Both the position numbers and the translations under genes were made by a program. Shown here piece after piece: positions 43,507 through 53,530 of a DNA stretch of 64,000 nt. The notes under the pieces are model-generated. The model saw only the letters and a list, made by a program, of their open reading frames with translations, had not been told where the DNA came from and did not search any database. Every line of letters starts with the position of its first letter. Positions within the stretch are counted from its first letter, which is position 1. Source of the stretch: Eubacteriales bacterium (GTDB lineage Bacteria > Bacillota > Clostridia > Oscillospirales > SIG627); contig JAZSAT010000004.1 in NCBI GenBank assembly GCA_045602025.1, forward strand, positions 7,464-71,463, in the 5' to 3' direction.

Positions 43507-44487
43507 TTCCACGGTCATAACCACTTTGCCCACATTCTTGTTTTCGTAAAGGACCGCCTGTGCCTTTTCCGCCTCGGTAATGGGGAAAACGGCGTGAATG
43601 GTAGGCTTGATGAGCCCTTCCTCCACCTTGGGGAAGATCGTTTCCACAAGGCCGCGGAGAATCTCGCCCTTCATTTCAGGAGCGCGGGAGCGAAGGGTGG
43701 AGCCAATGATGCGCACATTGCGCACATAAATGTTTTTCAGATCAATTTCCGCAGTTGTTCCCGCAAGAGCGGCGATCATGATCCATCTTGCACCGTGGGT
43801 CAGATAGTGCAGACACTTATCCATATCCTTGCCGCCCAGACAGTCAATGGCAACATCCACCGAGTGACCCTTTTCCATTTCTTCCTTCAAAACAAGAGAA
43901 AGGTCTTCTTTTGATGTAACAACGATGCGGTCCGCACCAAGATGTGCAATGCTCTTTGCCTTATCCTCACCGCGCACGGTGGTGATCACACGGACACCAA
44001 AAGCCTTTGCCATGGGGATGATCACGCTGGCAAGACCCGAGCCGCCTGCCATCACAAGAAGAGTGTCCCCTTCCTTGATGCCCCCTTCGTAAAAAAGATT
44101 CAGGTATGCGGTAGCAAAAGCTTCGGGAATGGCGGCAGCCTCCACCATAGAGCAGTTTTTGGGAACAGGCATAACAAGATCATATTTTGCAGCCACATAC
44201 TGAGCATATCCGCCGCCGCCGAGAAGGGCGCAAACCTTATCCCCTGCCTTCAGGGAAGATTTTTCCTGTGCCTCTTTTCCCATCTCAACAATTTCACCTG
44301 CCACCTCAAGCCCCATCCATTCGGGCCAGCCGGGAGGAGGCGGATAATCTCCCTCTCTTTGCATGAGATCCGCACGGTTTAAGGCAGTAGCCTCCACCTT
44401 AATGAGAACCTGATCGGGCAAAAGAGTAGGATCGGGCACCGTGTCCCATCTCAGGCTTCTGTCTTCATTCACAAGAATTGCTTTCAT
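43504..44487 (-). CDS. NAD(P)H:quinone oxidoreductase (zinc-independent MDR, PIG3/Qor type)
   Basis: ALNRADLMQREGDYPPPPG signature and AGGSGLAS nucleotide motif. Confidence 0.8.
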   Translation of the reverse strand: MKAILVNEDRSLRWDTVPDPTLLPDQVLIKVEATALNRADLMQREGDYPPPPGWPEWMGLEVAGEIVEMGKEAQEKSSLKAGDKVCALLGGGGYAQYVAAKYDLVMPVPKNCSMVEAAAIPEAFATAYLNLFYEGGIKEGDTLLVMAGGSGLASVIIPMAKAFGVRVITTVRGEDKAKSIAHLGADRIVVTSKEDLSLVLKEEMEKGHSVDVAIDCLGGKDMDKCLHYLTHGARWIMIAALAGTTAEIDLKNIYVRNVRIIGSTLRSRAPEMKGEILRGLVETIFPKVEEGLIKPTIHAVFPITEAEKAQAVLYENKNVGKVVMTVE

Positions 44488-44502
44488 AAAAAATTCCTTT
44501 CT

Positions 44503-45507
44503 TTATTCGCCGCAGCATTTCAATAGGGTTTTGTAAAGGGTTAATTCGTAATCGGGCGTGTAGGGACTCTCCTCCCCCTGCAGAACCTTGGCAAAGGACA
44601 GGATCATATCGTCGTAGCGATTGTAAATATCCGTGGTGGTTTTTTCGGGTACAGTTACCCATTCATCGGAATAGGTTTCGTACATATCCGTGCAAAGCTT
44701 TGCATCGTTGTGCACCTCGGTAGCATCCCGTTCAAGGGGACGAAGTTCCACCGTGCCCCCCGTTCCGCACACCACGATCTGACGGCGAATAAAGCCGCCC
44801 CGTTCCACCGCAGAGGTCTTGATAAAGGAGGTTCCGTTTTTGTATCGAAGTGCCGCAAAGCCAAGATCTGTGCAATCCTTCCCCTGAAAGCCTGTTTTGG
44901 CATTGACCGGGATCACTTCTTCAGGAAGCCCCTGTATCTGCAGAATCAGATCCAAAAGGTGACATCCAAGCTGAAACATCATACCGCCGGGATACTCTTT
45001 CAAAAAATCCCGAAAGGCCGGTGTGGTAAAGCAGCTCATATGCGCTTCCACACTGTAGATCTCGCCAAGGTCTCCCCTTTTGATCTTTTCAAGAAGTGAT
45101 TTTACCGCAGGATTGTAGCGGTACATATAGCCAAGGTGAAGAATCTTTCCTTTTTCCTTCACGGTTTTTATAAGATTTTCAAAATCCGAAAGACCGACGC
45201 CTCCGGGCTTATCCATATAAACATTCAGCCCGCGCCGCGCCGCCGCAAGCGCATATTTTGTCAGATTCTTCTCCGAAACCTCAATAAAAACGCCGTCAAG
45301 ACCGGGAAGAGATAAGATCTCCTCGGGAGTATGGGTTTCGTATTTTTTACTCATTTCATAAAAAGGAGTGTTTTTTTCCTCCTCCGGAACAGCGTATCCG
45401 GCAAGATCAAACAAATCACCGTGCCTTCGAACGGTACTCAGCGCCGCACCTGCATGGAGATGAGCCGCCCCGATCTGCGCAACTCTTAATTTTCTTTTCG
45501 TTTTCAT
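44503..45507 (-). CDS. Gfo/Idh/MocA-family sugar dehydrogenase
   Basis: Rossmann start KLRVAQIGAAHLH. Start at M13 of the tracked ORF is preferred. Confidence 0.75.
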   Translation of the reverse strand: MKTKRKLRVAQIGAAHLHAGAALSTVRRHGDLFDLAGYAVPEEEKNTPFYEMSKKYETHTPEEILSLPGLDGVFIEVSEKNLTKYALAAARRGLNVYMDKPGGVGLSDFENLIKTVKEKGKILHLGYMYRYNPAVKSLLEKIKRGDLGEIYSVEAHMSCFTTPAFRDFLKEYPGGMMFQLGCHLLDLILQIQGLPEEVIPVNAKTGFQGKDCTDLGFAALRYKNGTSFIKTSAVERGGFIRRQIVVCGTGGTVELRPLERDATEVHNDAKLCTDMYETYSDEWVTVPEKTTTDIYNRYDDMILSFAKVLQGEESPYTPDYELTLYKTLLKCCGE

Positions 45508-45584
45508 ATATCGAACCGATCTTTCCTTTGTTTCTTTTATCATAACACAAAAAAGCAGGTTTTTCCACAGTTCCTTGAAAAAAT

Positions 45585-46421
45585 TTAGTTGCCGCTTTCC
45601 CTTCGGTATTCCGAGGGACGAAAGCCCAGGTGCTTTTTAAAGGTGTCGGAAAAGTGATGGGGGTCGGAAAAATTTAATTTTTCCGCAATTTCGCTTAAGG
45701 TGTCATCGGTGGTCTTCAGCATGATCATGGCAATACGAAGCCTTGATTGCAAAAGATACTGATAGGGAGTAATGCCGTAGCTTTTTTTAAAGCTGCGGAT
45801 CAGGTGCTCCTTGGAAAAAGAAAATTCCTTAGCCACATGGTTTAAGGTAATATCCTCCATAATATGAAAATCCAGATACTGCCTTACCTCCTCCAGGGGT
45901 GTGGAGGAAGAGGCGGTATTTTCCTTATTACGCGCAAAAAACTGAATCAGCTTTAAAAATTCCACCGCGCTTTTTTCCTTATAGGTCTCAGGGTCTTTGT
46001 TTTTCTCGCAGACCTTGTGGATCTTCTCCAGAAAGGGCAGAATATCGGTGTTTTGAAATACCACCGCATCCTGCAGACCGTAGGCGGAAATGATCCCGAG
46101 AGATAACTCTCCTCTGAAGTTGATCCAGATCCGTTCAAACTGATTGTCGGGATTGGAGTAGTAGATCTGATCCCTCCCCGCAAGAAGCATAAAGGCATCT
46201 CCCTCCTTCACCGTATACATTTTGCCGTCGTAAAGAAGGATCCCCGAGCCGGAGCACACATACTGAATACAGGAGATCTTCGATGCCATTCTCAGCTGAT
46301 AGCAGGGGGTATTCCGATAGGTAATGCCGTATTCGGGAATATAAAAGGGCTCTTTCAGATGGGGCTTCGGACCGTAGAAGATTTTTGAGTTTATGGGTGT
46401 TTCCAGGTCAATAATGTTCAT
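45585..46421 (-). CDS. AraC-family transcriptional regulator (cupin plus HTH)
   Basis: C-terminal dual HTH (..SEIAEKLNFSDPHHFSDTFKKHLGFRPSEYR). Confidence 0.85.
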   Translation of the reverse strand: MNIIDLETPINSKIFYGPKPHLKEPFYIPEYGITYRNTPCYQLRMASKISCIQYVCSGSGILLYDGKMYTVKEGDAFMLLAGRDQIYYSNPDNQFERIWINFRGELSLGIISAYGLQDAVVFQNTDILPFLEKIHKVCEKNKDPETYKEKSAVEFLKLIQFFARNKENTASSSTPLEEVRQYLDFHIMEDITLNHVAKEFSFSKEHLIRSFKKSYGITPYQYLLQSRLRIAMIMLKTTDDTLSEIAEKLNFSDPHHFSDTFKKHLGFRPSEYRRESGN

Positions 46422-46571
46422 TTTTCTCCCCCCTTCTGACTCTTATCTTACCCTGTTTTTATCAAAATGTCAATTTTTCATCCCTTTTTCTTGCAAAAAA
46501 GATAATTTTACCCCTTCAACATCAGTTTTTTTGATGTAAAATAATATCAGAAACTATTTTTGGTGGAAAAA

Positions 46572-47492
46572 ATGGAAAACATCATTGAAATCAGAAACGG
46601 AGATTTTTCGGCAAGGATCAATCTTTCCCGCGGTGCAAACTGCATCTGCCTGAAAAACGAAAAACACAAGGCAAGTCTTCTTCGGGAGCCCGACTACGAA
46701 AAGGGCCTCGACAACCCTTATCTTTACGGTATGCCCATTCTCTACCCTGCAAACCGCATTGAAGGCGGAAAATTCACCTTTGAGGGAAGAGAATACCGTT
46801 TCCCCATCAACGAAAAGGAAACGGGTTGCCACCTCCACGGTGACATCCACAACGCCCCCTTTCAGCTTTTGGATCAGGGAGAGGATTTTGTCAAATGCGG
46901 TCTGGAAAAGGCTGCGCGGGATGGCTTTGACCACGCCTTTCGTATTGAGATCACCTACAAGCTCCGGGAAGACGGGCTTTTTCAGAAAACCGAGATCTTC
47001 AATCTGTCGGATGAGAATATGCCCTCCTTTCTCGCCTTTCACACCACCTTCAACGCCCCCTTTATCGAAGGCAGTGATCCCAAAAACATTCTGGTCCGCG
47101 CAGAAGTGGAGGATCTGATCGAACGAAATATGGAAAACTTTCTTCCCACAGGCAACATCCTTCCGGAAGATGAGATCACAAAGGATTTTAACTGCGGCAC
47201 CTTTTCTCCCTTTACCCACAAGATCAGCCGTCATTACAAAACGAGCGGCAGCGGAAAGATGGTAATTCTCGACAAAGAAAAAAGACTTAAGATCGTTTAC
47301 GAAAACAGCGAAAACTTTCCCTTCCGCCTGATCTATAACGGAAGCGGGGAGGGCTTTATTTGCCTGGAGCCTATGACAAGTATGGCAAACTGTCCCAATT
47401 CCCCCTTTGACAGAGCCTTTGCAGGCTTTGACTTTATCCCGCCAAAGAAAAAGAAAACCTATCTTTCTATCCTACGATTGGAGGAATTTTAA
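46572..47492 (+). CDS. aldose 1-epimerase (mutarotase)-like protein
   Basis: NRIEGGKFTFEGREY...HLHG motif. ATG 46572 has a GGTGGA SD; the ORF is open from TTG 46560. Confidence 0.75.
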   Translation: MENIIEIRNGDFSARINLSRGANCICLKNEKHKASLLREPDYEKGLDNPYLYGMPILYPANRIEGGKFTFEGREYRFPINEKETGCHLHGDIHNAPFQLLDQGEDFVKCGLEKAARDGFDHAFRIEITYKLREDGLFQKTEIFNLSDENMPSFLAFHTTFNAPFIEGSDPKNILVRAEVEDLIERNMENFLPTGNILPEDEITKDFNCGTFSPFTHKISRHYKTSGSGKMVILDKEKRLKIVYENSENFPFRLIYNGSGEGFICLEPMTSMANCPNSPFDRAFAGFDFIPPKKKKTYLSILRLEEF

Positions 47493-47493
47493 T

Positions 47494-48168
47494 ATGAAGA
47501 TCACCTGGCTGGGTCAGGCGGGGCTTCTTTTTGAAACAGAAGGCAAAAAGATCCTTGTAGACCCCTACCTTTCCGACTCCTGCGCGAAACTGAATCCCAA
47601 AAACCGCAGAAGAGTCCCGGTAAAAGAAGAATTTCTCGCCCTAAAGCCCGACATCATCCTTCTCACCCACAACCACCTAGACCACACGGACCCGGAAACC
47701 CTGAAACACTTTCTTACCGAAGAAAAAAATGTTCTGGTCTTAGCTTCGGGAGGTGCCTGGGAACATGTACGGCAGAAATTCGGCGGAGATCACAACTATG
47801 TGCAATTTAACCGCCACACCCGCTGGACGGAAGGGGCTTTGCGCTTCACGGCAGTCAAAGCGGAGCACTCCGATACCTGTGCCATCGGCATCATCATGGA
47901 AGCGGAAGGAAAAACCTATTACATCACAGGCGACACCCTTTACAGCGATGAGATCTTTTCCGATCTGCCCGAAAAGATCGACGCAGTTTTTCTCCCCGTC
48001 AACGGCAAGGGCAACAATATGAATTTTGCCGACGGCGCGGCCTTTTGCGAAAAGATCGGTGCCAAGGCAGTTCCCCTTCACTGCGGACTGTTTGACAATA
48101 TCGATTTAAATACATTCCCCTACGAAAATAAATCCGTACCTGAATTTTATAAGGAGATTTTATTATGA
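47494..48168 (+). CDS. MBL-fold metallo-hydrolase (candidate sugar lactonase)
   Basis: Start at MKITWLGQAG (GGAGG SD). Motif THNHLDHTD. Confidence 0.75.
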   Translation: MKITWLGQAGLLFETEGKKILVDPYLSDSCAKLNPKNRRRVPVKEEFLALKPDIILLTHNHLDHTDPETLKHFLTEEKNVLVLASGGAWEHVRQKFGGDHNYVQFNRHTRWTEGALRFTAVKAEHSDTCAIGIIMEAEGKTYYITGDTLYSDEIFSDLPEKIDAVFLPVNGKGNNMNFADGAAFCEKIGAKAVPLHCGLFDNIDLNTFPYENKSVPEFYKEILL

Positions 48169-49316
48169 AGATCACAAAGCTTGAAGTCATCAAAGTACAG
48201 CCCCGCTGGATGTTTTTAAAAATGCACACCGATACGGACATTTACGGTCTTGGCGAGCCGGTTCTGGAGGGTCACTGCAATGCGGTAGAGGCCGTGCTTC
48301 AGGAATATGAGGAATACCTCATCGGCAAGGACCCCATGCAGATCGAGCATCACCTGCAGGCCCTTTACCGCGGCGGCTTTTATCGCGGCGGCCCTCTCAT
48401 GCTCTCCGCCATCAGCGGCATTGAGCAGGCAATGTGGGACATCAAGGGTAAATTCTACAACTGCCCCGTTTACGAAATGCTGGGCGGCAAGTGCCGTGAC
48501 AGGATCCGCATGTACACCCACATCAAAAGAGCAGGCACCCCCGGAGAATTTCCCATTGAGGAAATGCTCAAGATCACCGATGAGAGACTTCGTGACGGCT
48601 ACACCGCGCTGAAGTACTCCATCATTCCTCCCATTAAAGCCATCGAAAACCCCGAAAACATTGAAAAGCACATCGAAAGATTTGCCCGCGTGAGAGAAAG
48701 GATCGGAAAGGGCGTGGATCTTGCTATCGACTTCCACGGCAGAGTATCTCCCGCAGTGGCAAATATCCTCATTGAAAAATTAAAGCCCTACAGCCCCATG
48801 TTTGTAGAAGAGCCCTGCCTTCCCGAAAATGTTGACTGTATGGTAAACATTGCAAGCAAGACCACCGTGCCCATTGCCGCAGGCGAAAGACTCTTCGGCA
48901 AATGGCAGTACAGAGACCTGATCCAGAAGCAGGCTGTCAGCGTCATTCAGCCCGATATCTGCCATGTAGGCGGTATCTATGAGGGCAGAAAGCTTGCGGC
49001 TATGATGGAAATGTACTACGGCACCGTAGCTCCTCACAACCCCCTCGGACCCATTTCCTTGGCATCCTGTATTCAGCTGGATACCTGCATTCCCAACTTC
49101 CTTGTTCAGGAGCACCCCGGCAACCCCGACAAATCCGACCTCGGCGTAGGATACATCACCGAACCCTTTGTGATCAAGGACGGCTATATCGATGTACCCA
49201 CAAAGCCCGGTCTCGGTGTAGAGCTTGACGAAAAAGCACTTGAGGATAAAATCTACGACGGCAAGTGGTCTACCCCCCGCTTGTACCATGAGGACGGCAG
49301 CAACGCTGACTGGTAA
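48165..49316 (+). CDS. dgoD: D-galactonate dehydratase family (enolase superfamily)
   Basis: Collinear with E. coli DgoD as remembered, from MKITK...PRWMFLK... to the C-terminal HEDGSNADW. Confidence 0.8.
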   Translation: MKITKLEVIKVQPRWMFLKMHTDTDIYGLGEPVLEGHCNAVEAVLQEYEEYLIGKDPMQIEHHLQALYRGGFYRGGPLMLSAISGIEQAMWDIKGKFYNCPVYEMLGGKCRDRIRMYTHIKRAGTPGEFPIEEMLKITDERLRDGYTALKYSIIPPIKAIENPENIEKHIERFARVRERIGKGVDLAIDFHGRVSPAVANILIEKLKPYSPMFVEEPCLPENVDCMVNIASKTTVPIAAGERLFGKWQYRDLIQKQAVSVIQPDICHVGGIYEGRKLAAMMEMYYGTVAPHNPLGPISLASCIQLDTCIPNFLVQEHPGNPDKSDLGVGYITEPFVIKDGYIDVPTKPGLGVELDEKALEDKIYDGKWSTPRLYHEDGSNADW

Positions 49317-49325
49317 GGAGTAATT

Positions 49326-50099
49326 ATGAAAAAATCCGTTCTGATCACAGGCTCCTGCTACGGCACGGGCTTTACCATTGCAGAAAAATTTGCAAAAGAA
49401 GGCTATGATATTTTCATCACCGGCAGAGATGTAAATAAGGCGGAAAACGCCGCAAAGGCCATCTCGGAAAAATACGGTGTCAAGGCCTTCGGCTTTGCCA
49501 CAAAGGAATTTGATCAAAAAGAGGTAAGAGAGCTCTTCCGGAAGATCCGGGATATGGGCTACCTTCTTGACAGCCTTGTTCTCAATGCGGCAAATCTCGG
49601 CATCGGTCAGGAGACCCTCACGGTAGACATCTCCGACTTTATGGCAGTATACAACATCAACATTGCCTTCAACTTTATGATGGCAAGAGAGGCTGCCCTT
49701 CAGATGAAGGAAAAAGGCGGCGGCACCATCGTCTTTATCACCTCAAACTCCGCCCTTCGGGTCACGGAGAACCGCTGCGCCTACTGCTCCTCCAAAAGTG
49801 CCATTCTGGCAATGAGTAAATCCCTTGCGGTTGACCTTGGCAAATACGGGATCCGCTCCAACTGCGTGCTTCCCGGTATGATTAAGACCGATCGCTGGGA
49901 AAACAATGTAAACAACTGTAAATATGCCCTTGCAAACTACACGCCCATTGAGGATATTGCCTCCTTTGAGGATATTGCAAATGCAGTGTGGTATTTTGCA
50001 AGTGAAAATTCCCGCAATACCACGGGCGCGGAGCTTGTGGTAGACGGCGGTATGCTGGCTCAGCTCACCCCCAACATCAACCGAGAGCTTTGGAAATAA
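49326..50099 (+). CDS. SDR-family oxidoreductase
   Basis: TGSCYGTG nucleotide motif and YCSSK catalytic motif. Confidence 0.8.
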   Translation: MKKSVLITGSCYGTGFTIAEKFAKEGYDIFITGRDVNKAENAAKAISEKYGVKAFGFATKEFDQKEVRELFRKIRDMGYLLDSLVLNAANLGIGQETLTVDISDFMAVYNINIAFNFMMAREAALQMKEKGGGTIVFITSNSALRVTENRCAYCSSKSAILAMSKSLAVDLGKYGIRSNCVLPGMIKTDRWENNVNNCKYALANYTPIEDIASFEDIANAVWYFASENSRNTTGAELVVDGGMLAQLTPNINRELWK

Positions 50100-50107
50100 G
50101 GAGGCAT

Positions 50108-51208
50108 ATGATGCGCTGGAGTAAAGAAAGAATTTGGGAATGGTACAACACCCGCCCGTGGCTGCGCGGATGCAACTATATGAGTGCCGACTGCGCCAAC
50201 CGCGTGGACCAGTGGCAGGAATACGGCTTTGAAGAAAGATTTCAGACCACCGAAGAAGAACTGAAACTGATGCAGGAAACGGGCTTTAATACCATTCGTA
50301 TCATTCCCGAATTTGTGGTTTGGCAGAAAGAGCACGACGGCTTTATGGACCGTTTCGATCGCTATCTTACCCTTTGCCAAAAATACGGCATTTCCTGTAT
50401 GGTCATTCTTGCCAACGACTGTATGCCCCCCAAGACCGAGCTTTGGAAAATGCCCTATCTCGGCGAGCAGCACTACGATTGGGGCTACCACGGCGGCAGA
50501 AAGCACTCTCAGCACGGCAGACACAACGAACCTGCCCCCCACTTTTATTTAGACGACCCCGAAAGCCGCGAAGAATACTTTGAAATGGTCCGCGAGATCG
50601 TCACCAAATACAAGGATGATGAAAGAATCTGCATTTGGGATGTATACAACGAGCCGGGCAACAGCCTTCGGGATGAAATTACCCTGCCCAATGTAAAGAG
50701 AATGTTCGAGATCGTCCGCGAGATCGATCCCGTTCAGCCTCTCACCGCAGGAGTCTACCGCATGACGGGCGATGAATCAAAACCCCTTGCCGAGGCGGAG
50801 CAGTTCGCCTTGGACAATTCCGACATCATCTCCTATCACTTCTACAGAGACTTAAACGAGCATGTAAAGATCATCAAGCGTCTGAAAAAAGAAGGCAGAC
50901 CCATCATCAATACCGAGTGGCTCGGCCGCATTTACGGAAACGATGTGTTCACCCTTTTCCCCCTCTTCTATTTGGAGAAGATCGGCTGCTACAACTGGGG
51001 CTTTGTTGCGGGAAAATACCAGACCTACGAGCCTTATGAGGGCACCTGGCAAAGCTACTACAACGGCAGAAACACCAATGTGGACTTTACCAAGTGGTTT
51101 CACGACCTGTACCGTCCGAATCACCGCCCGTACGATCCCAGAGAGATCGATGTGATCCGCGAATTCTGCACCCTGGCAGATAAGGATTTTGAAGAAATAA
51201 AGAAATAA
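50108..51208 (+). CDS. GH5-like (TIM-barrel) glycoside hydrolase, cytoplasmic
   Basis: Start at ATGATG after GGAGG. NEPGN acid/base-type motif. No signal peptide. Confidence 0.5.
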   Translation: MMRWSKERIWEWYNTRPWLRGCNYMSADCANRVDQWQEYGFEERFQTTEEELKLMQETGFNTIRIIPEFVVWQKEHDGFMDRFDRYLTLCQKYGISCMVILANDCMPPKTELWKMPYLGEQHYDWGYHGGRKHSQHGRHNEPAPHFYLDDPESREEYFEMVREIVTKYKDDERICIWDVYNEPGNSLRDEITLPNVKRMFEIVREIDPVQPLTAGVYRMTGDESKPLAEAEQFALDNSDIISYHFYRDLNEHVKIIKRLKKEGRPIINTEWLGRIYGNDVFTLFPLFYLEKIGCYNWGFVAGKYQTYEPYEGTWQSYYNGRNTNVDFTKWFHDLYRPNHRPYDPREIDVIREFCTLADKDFEEIKK

Positions 51209-51213
51209 AGAAA

Positions 51214-51244
51214 TAAAAAAGCACCTTTCGGGGTGCTTTTTTTA
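51214..51244 (+). terminator. rho-independent terminator
   Basis: gcacc/ggtgc stem with A/T extensions, followed by T7. Confidence 0.7.
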
Positions 51245-51296
51245 TAAAAAGTATGCATTTCCTCGCAAATTCATTGAATTTTTGTGCAAAAAAACA

Positions 51297-51325
51297 TTTA
51301 CAAATCCACTTTAGCGTGCTAAAAT
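51297..51325 (+). promoter_or_regulatory. putative promoter of the liv-type operon
   Basis: TTTACA, 17-nt spacer, TAAAAT. Confidence 0.5.
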
Positions 51326-51397
51326 GATGGTTATAGTAATAAAGAGGAAGAAACTTCCCCTTTATTGCCAAATACCTTTTCAAAAGGAGTTATGATT

Positions 51398-52561
51398 ATG
51401 AAAAATCTGAAAAAGCTGTTCGCTGCATTTTTGGCATTGACCATGATCCTCGGCCTTGCTTCCTGCGGCGGCGCAAACTACACTGCTGAAAACACCGAAT
51501 ATGTGATCGGCTTTTCCGGCCCTCTTACCGGCGCTGCTGCCGTTTACGGCGTAGCAGTAAAGAACTCCGCTCAGATGGCAGTTGACGAGATCAACGCTGC
51601 CGGCGGTCTCAACGGCGTAAAATTCAAGCTGGTCTCCACCGACGATACCCACGACGCAGCCAAGGTTGCCGCAAACTACGCCAACCTGTATGAAGGCGGT
51701 ATGCAGGTATCTCTCGGTACCGTTACCACCGCTCCCGGCCTTGAATTTTCCAAGCTCTCCGCAGAAGATAATGTATTCTTCCTCACCCCCTCCGCTTCCG
51801 GTGACGACATTCCCAAAACCGGCAACGGCTTCCAGATGTGCTTTGCAGACGGTAACCAGGGTAAGGTTGCTGCAGACTATGTAAACTCTACCGGTCTGGA
51901 AAAGATCGGCATCTTCTACAAATCCGACGACGCTTACTCCAACGGCATCTTCAAGCAGTTCAAGGAAAATCTTGACAAAGAGATCGAAACCGTTGAAACC
52001 GTATTCACCGGCGATGCTCAGGACTTCTCCGCACAGATCTCCAAGCTCAAGGATTGCTCCTTCATCTTTATGCCCATCTACTATCAGCCCGCTTCCGTAT
52101 TTATGAACCAGGCAAAGGATATCATTTCTCCCGATGCTGTTTACTACGGATGCGACGGCTTCGATGGCCTTGCAGGTCAGTTCGAAGACTTCTCCGTAAT
52201 TCCTCAGGAAGTTTCCATGCTCTCCCACTTCGACTCCAATGCAACCGAAGGCGCGGCAGCTGAATTTATCAAAAAGTACACCGAAAAGTTCGATGCTGAA
52301 ACCCTGAACCAGTTCGGCGCTTCCGCTTACGACTGCATTTACGCGATCTTTAATGCAATGAAGGCTGCCATCGACGGCGGCAAAGAGATCCCCGTTACCA
52401 TTTCCGCAGCAGATCTTTACGAGATCCTGATGGACGAATTCAAGGGTGACTTCTCCTACTCCGGCGTTACCGGTAACGACATTACCTGGGAAGAAAACGG
52501 CTATGTTTCCAAGGAAGCGGTTAAATACACCCTGAAGGAAGCAAACTCTGCAGAAAAATAA
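51398..52561 (+). CDS. branched-chain amino acid ABC transporter substrate-binding lipoprotein (LivJ/K-like)
   Basis: Lipobox LASCGG and periplasmic-binding type-1 fold features. Confidence 0.85.
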   Translation: MKNLKKLFAAFLALTMILGLASCGGANYTAENTEYVIGFSGPLTGAAAVYGVAVKNSAQMAVDEINAAGGLNGVKFKLVSTDDTHDAAKVAANYANLYEGGMQVSLGTVTTAPGLEFSKLSAEDNVFFLTPSASGDDIPKTGNGFQMCFADGNQGKVAADYVNSTGLEKIGIFYKSDDAYSNGIFKQFKENLDKEIETVETVFTGDAQDFSAQISKLKDCSFIFMPIYYQPASVFMNQAKDIISPDAVYYGCDGFDGLAGQFEDFSVIPQEVSMLSHFDSNATEGAAAEFIKKYTEKFDAETLNQFGASAYDCIYAIFNAMKAAIDGGKEIPVTISAADLYEILMDEFKGDFSYSGVTGNDITWEENGYVSKEAVKYTLKEANSAEK

Positions 52562-52590
52562 GCTTTTTCTCACAGAAAATTTCACATTTC

Positions 52591-52620
52591 TTGCCGACGC
52601 AAAAATTTTTGCGTCGGCAA
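52591..52620 (+). terminator. perfect 15-bp palindrome between the binding-protein and permease genes (attenuator or mRNA stabiliser)
   Basis: TTGCCGACGCAAAAA/TTTTTGCGTCGGCAA. The T-tract after it is weak. Confidence 0.45.
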
Positions 52621-52657
52621 TTGTCGTCATAAGAAATAAATCGTAAGGTATGATTTC

Positions 52658-53530
52658 ATGAAACTGATCGAAACACTCATCAACGGTCTGAGTATGGGCA
52701 GCACCTATGCCATGATCGCTTTGGGTTACACCATGGTATACGGCATTGCAAAAATGCTGAACTTCGCCCACGGCGATGTTATTATGGTAGGCGGATATAT
52801 GATCTTCGTCACCATGACCACGGTTGGCAACCCCTTTGCAGCAGCCCTTGCTGCGGTTCTTTTCTGTATGCTGCTCGGTGTTACCATCGAGAAAATCGCC
52901 TATAAGCCTCTGCGCGGTGCCTCTCCCCTGGCAGTTCTCATTACCGCCATCGGTGTCAGCTATCTTTTGCAGTCCACCGCACAGATCATCTTCGGTACCG
53001 CACCGAAAATGGTTATGATCGCAGATCTCGGCAACCTGACCGTGGGCAGCTTTTCTCTGCCTGTTTATACCATTGTTACCCTTGTTACCTCTATGATCAT
53101 TATGATCGCCCTGACCCTTTTTGTAAAATACACCAGGATCGGCCGCGCTATGATCGCCGTATCCGAGGATAAGGGTGCGGCACAGCTGATGGGTATCAAT
53201 GTAAACGGCATTATTATGATCACCTTTGCCATCGGCTCCGCCCTTGCAGCCTTTGCGGGACTTTTTATGCTGATGAAGTCCCCCAGTCTTACCAACACCA
53301 TGGGTGCAATGCCCGGTATCAAGGCCTTTACCGCAGCGGTAATCGGCGGTATCGGTTCCATTCCCGGTGCAATGCTGGGCGGTATTCTTATGGGTGTAGT
53401 GGAGGCCTTTTCCCTGACGGTTCCCGTGATCGCCCCCTATACCGACGCCATTGAATTTATTATTCTGATCATCATTCTCCTGGTGCGTCCCACAGGTATC
53501 TTAGGTAAGAAAAGGAGGGAGAAGGTATAA
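52658..53530 (+). CDS. livH: branched-chain amino acid ABC permease (LivH-like)
   Basis: 290 aa, polytopic, LivH family pattern. Confidence 0.85.
   Translation: MKLIETLINGLSMGSTYAMIALGYTMVYGIAKMLNFAHGDVIMVGGYMIFVTMTTVGNPFAAALAAVLFCMLLGVTIEKIAYKPLRGASPLAVLITAIGVSYLLQSTAQIIFGTAPKMVMIADLGNLTVGSFSLPVYTIVTLVTSMIIMIALTLFVKYTRIGRAMIAVSEDKGAAQLMGINVNGIIMITFAIGSALAAFAGLFMLMKSPSLTNTMGAMPGIKAFTAAVIGGIGSIPGAMLGGILMGVVEAFSLTVPVIAPYTDAIEFIILIIILLVRPTGILGKKRREKV

Noticed and set aside
52591-52620. The perfect 30-nt palindrome as a member of the dispersed hairpin family
   Set aside because: Its sequence (TTGCCGACGCAAAAA/TTTTTGCGTCGGCAA) lacks the family core and flank. Its position between the binding-protein and permease genes fits an ordinary intra-operon stem-loop.
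51380-52771. 463-aa minus-strand ORF. The ORFs at 56296..57756, 60850..62106, 11110..12180, 25448..26569, 34328..35287 and 36947..38023 are similar cases.
   Set aside because: All are antisense to genes with strong family signatures (LivJ, Pfp, the 625-aa gene, the lipoprotein, the surface protein, the uracil permease and GH3). They are typical long shadow frames in moderately GC-rich DNA.
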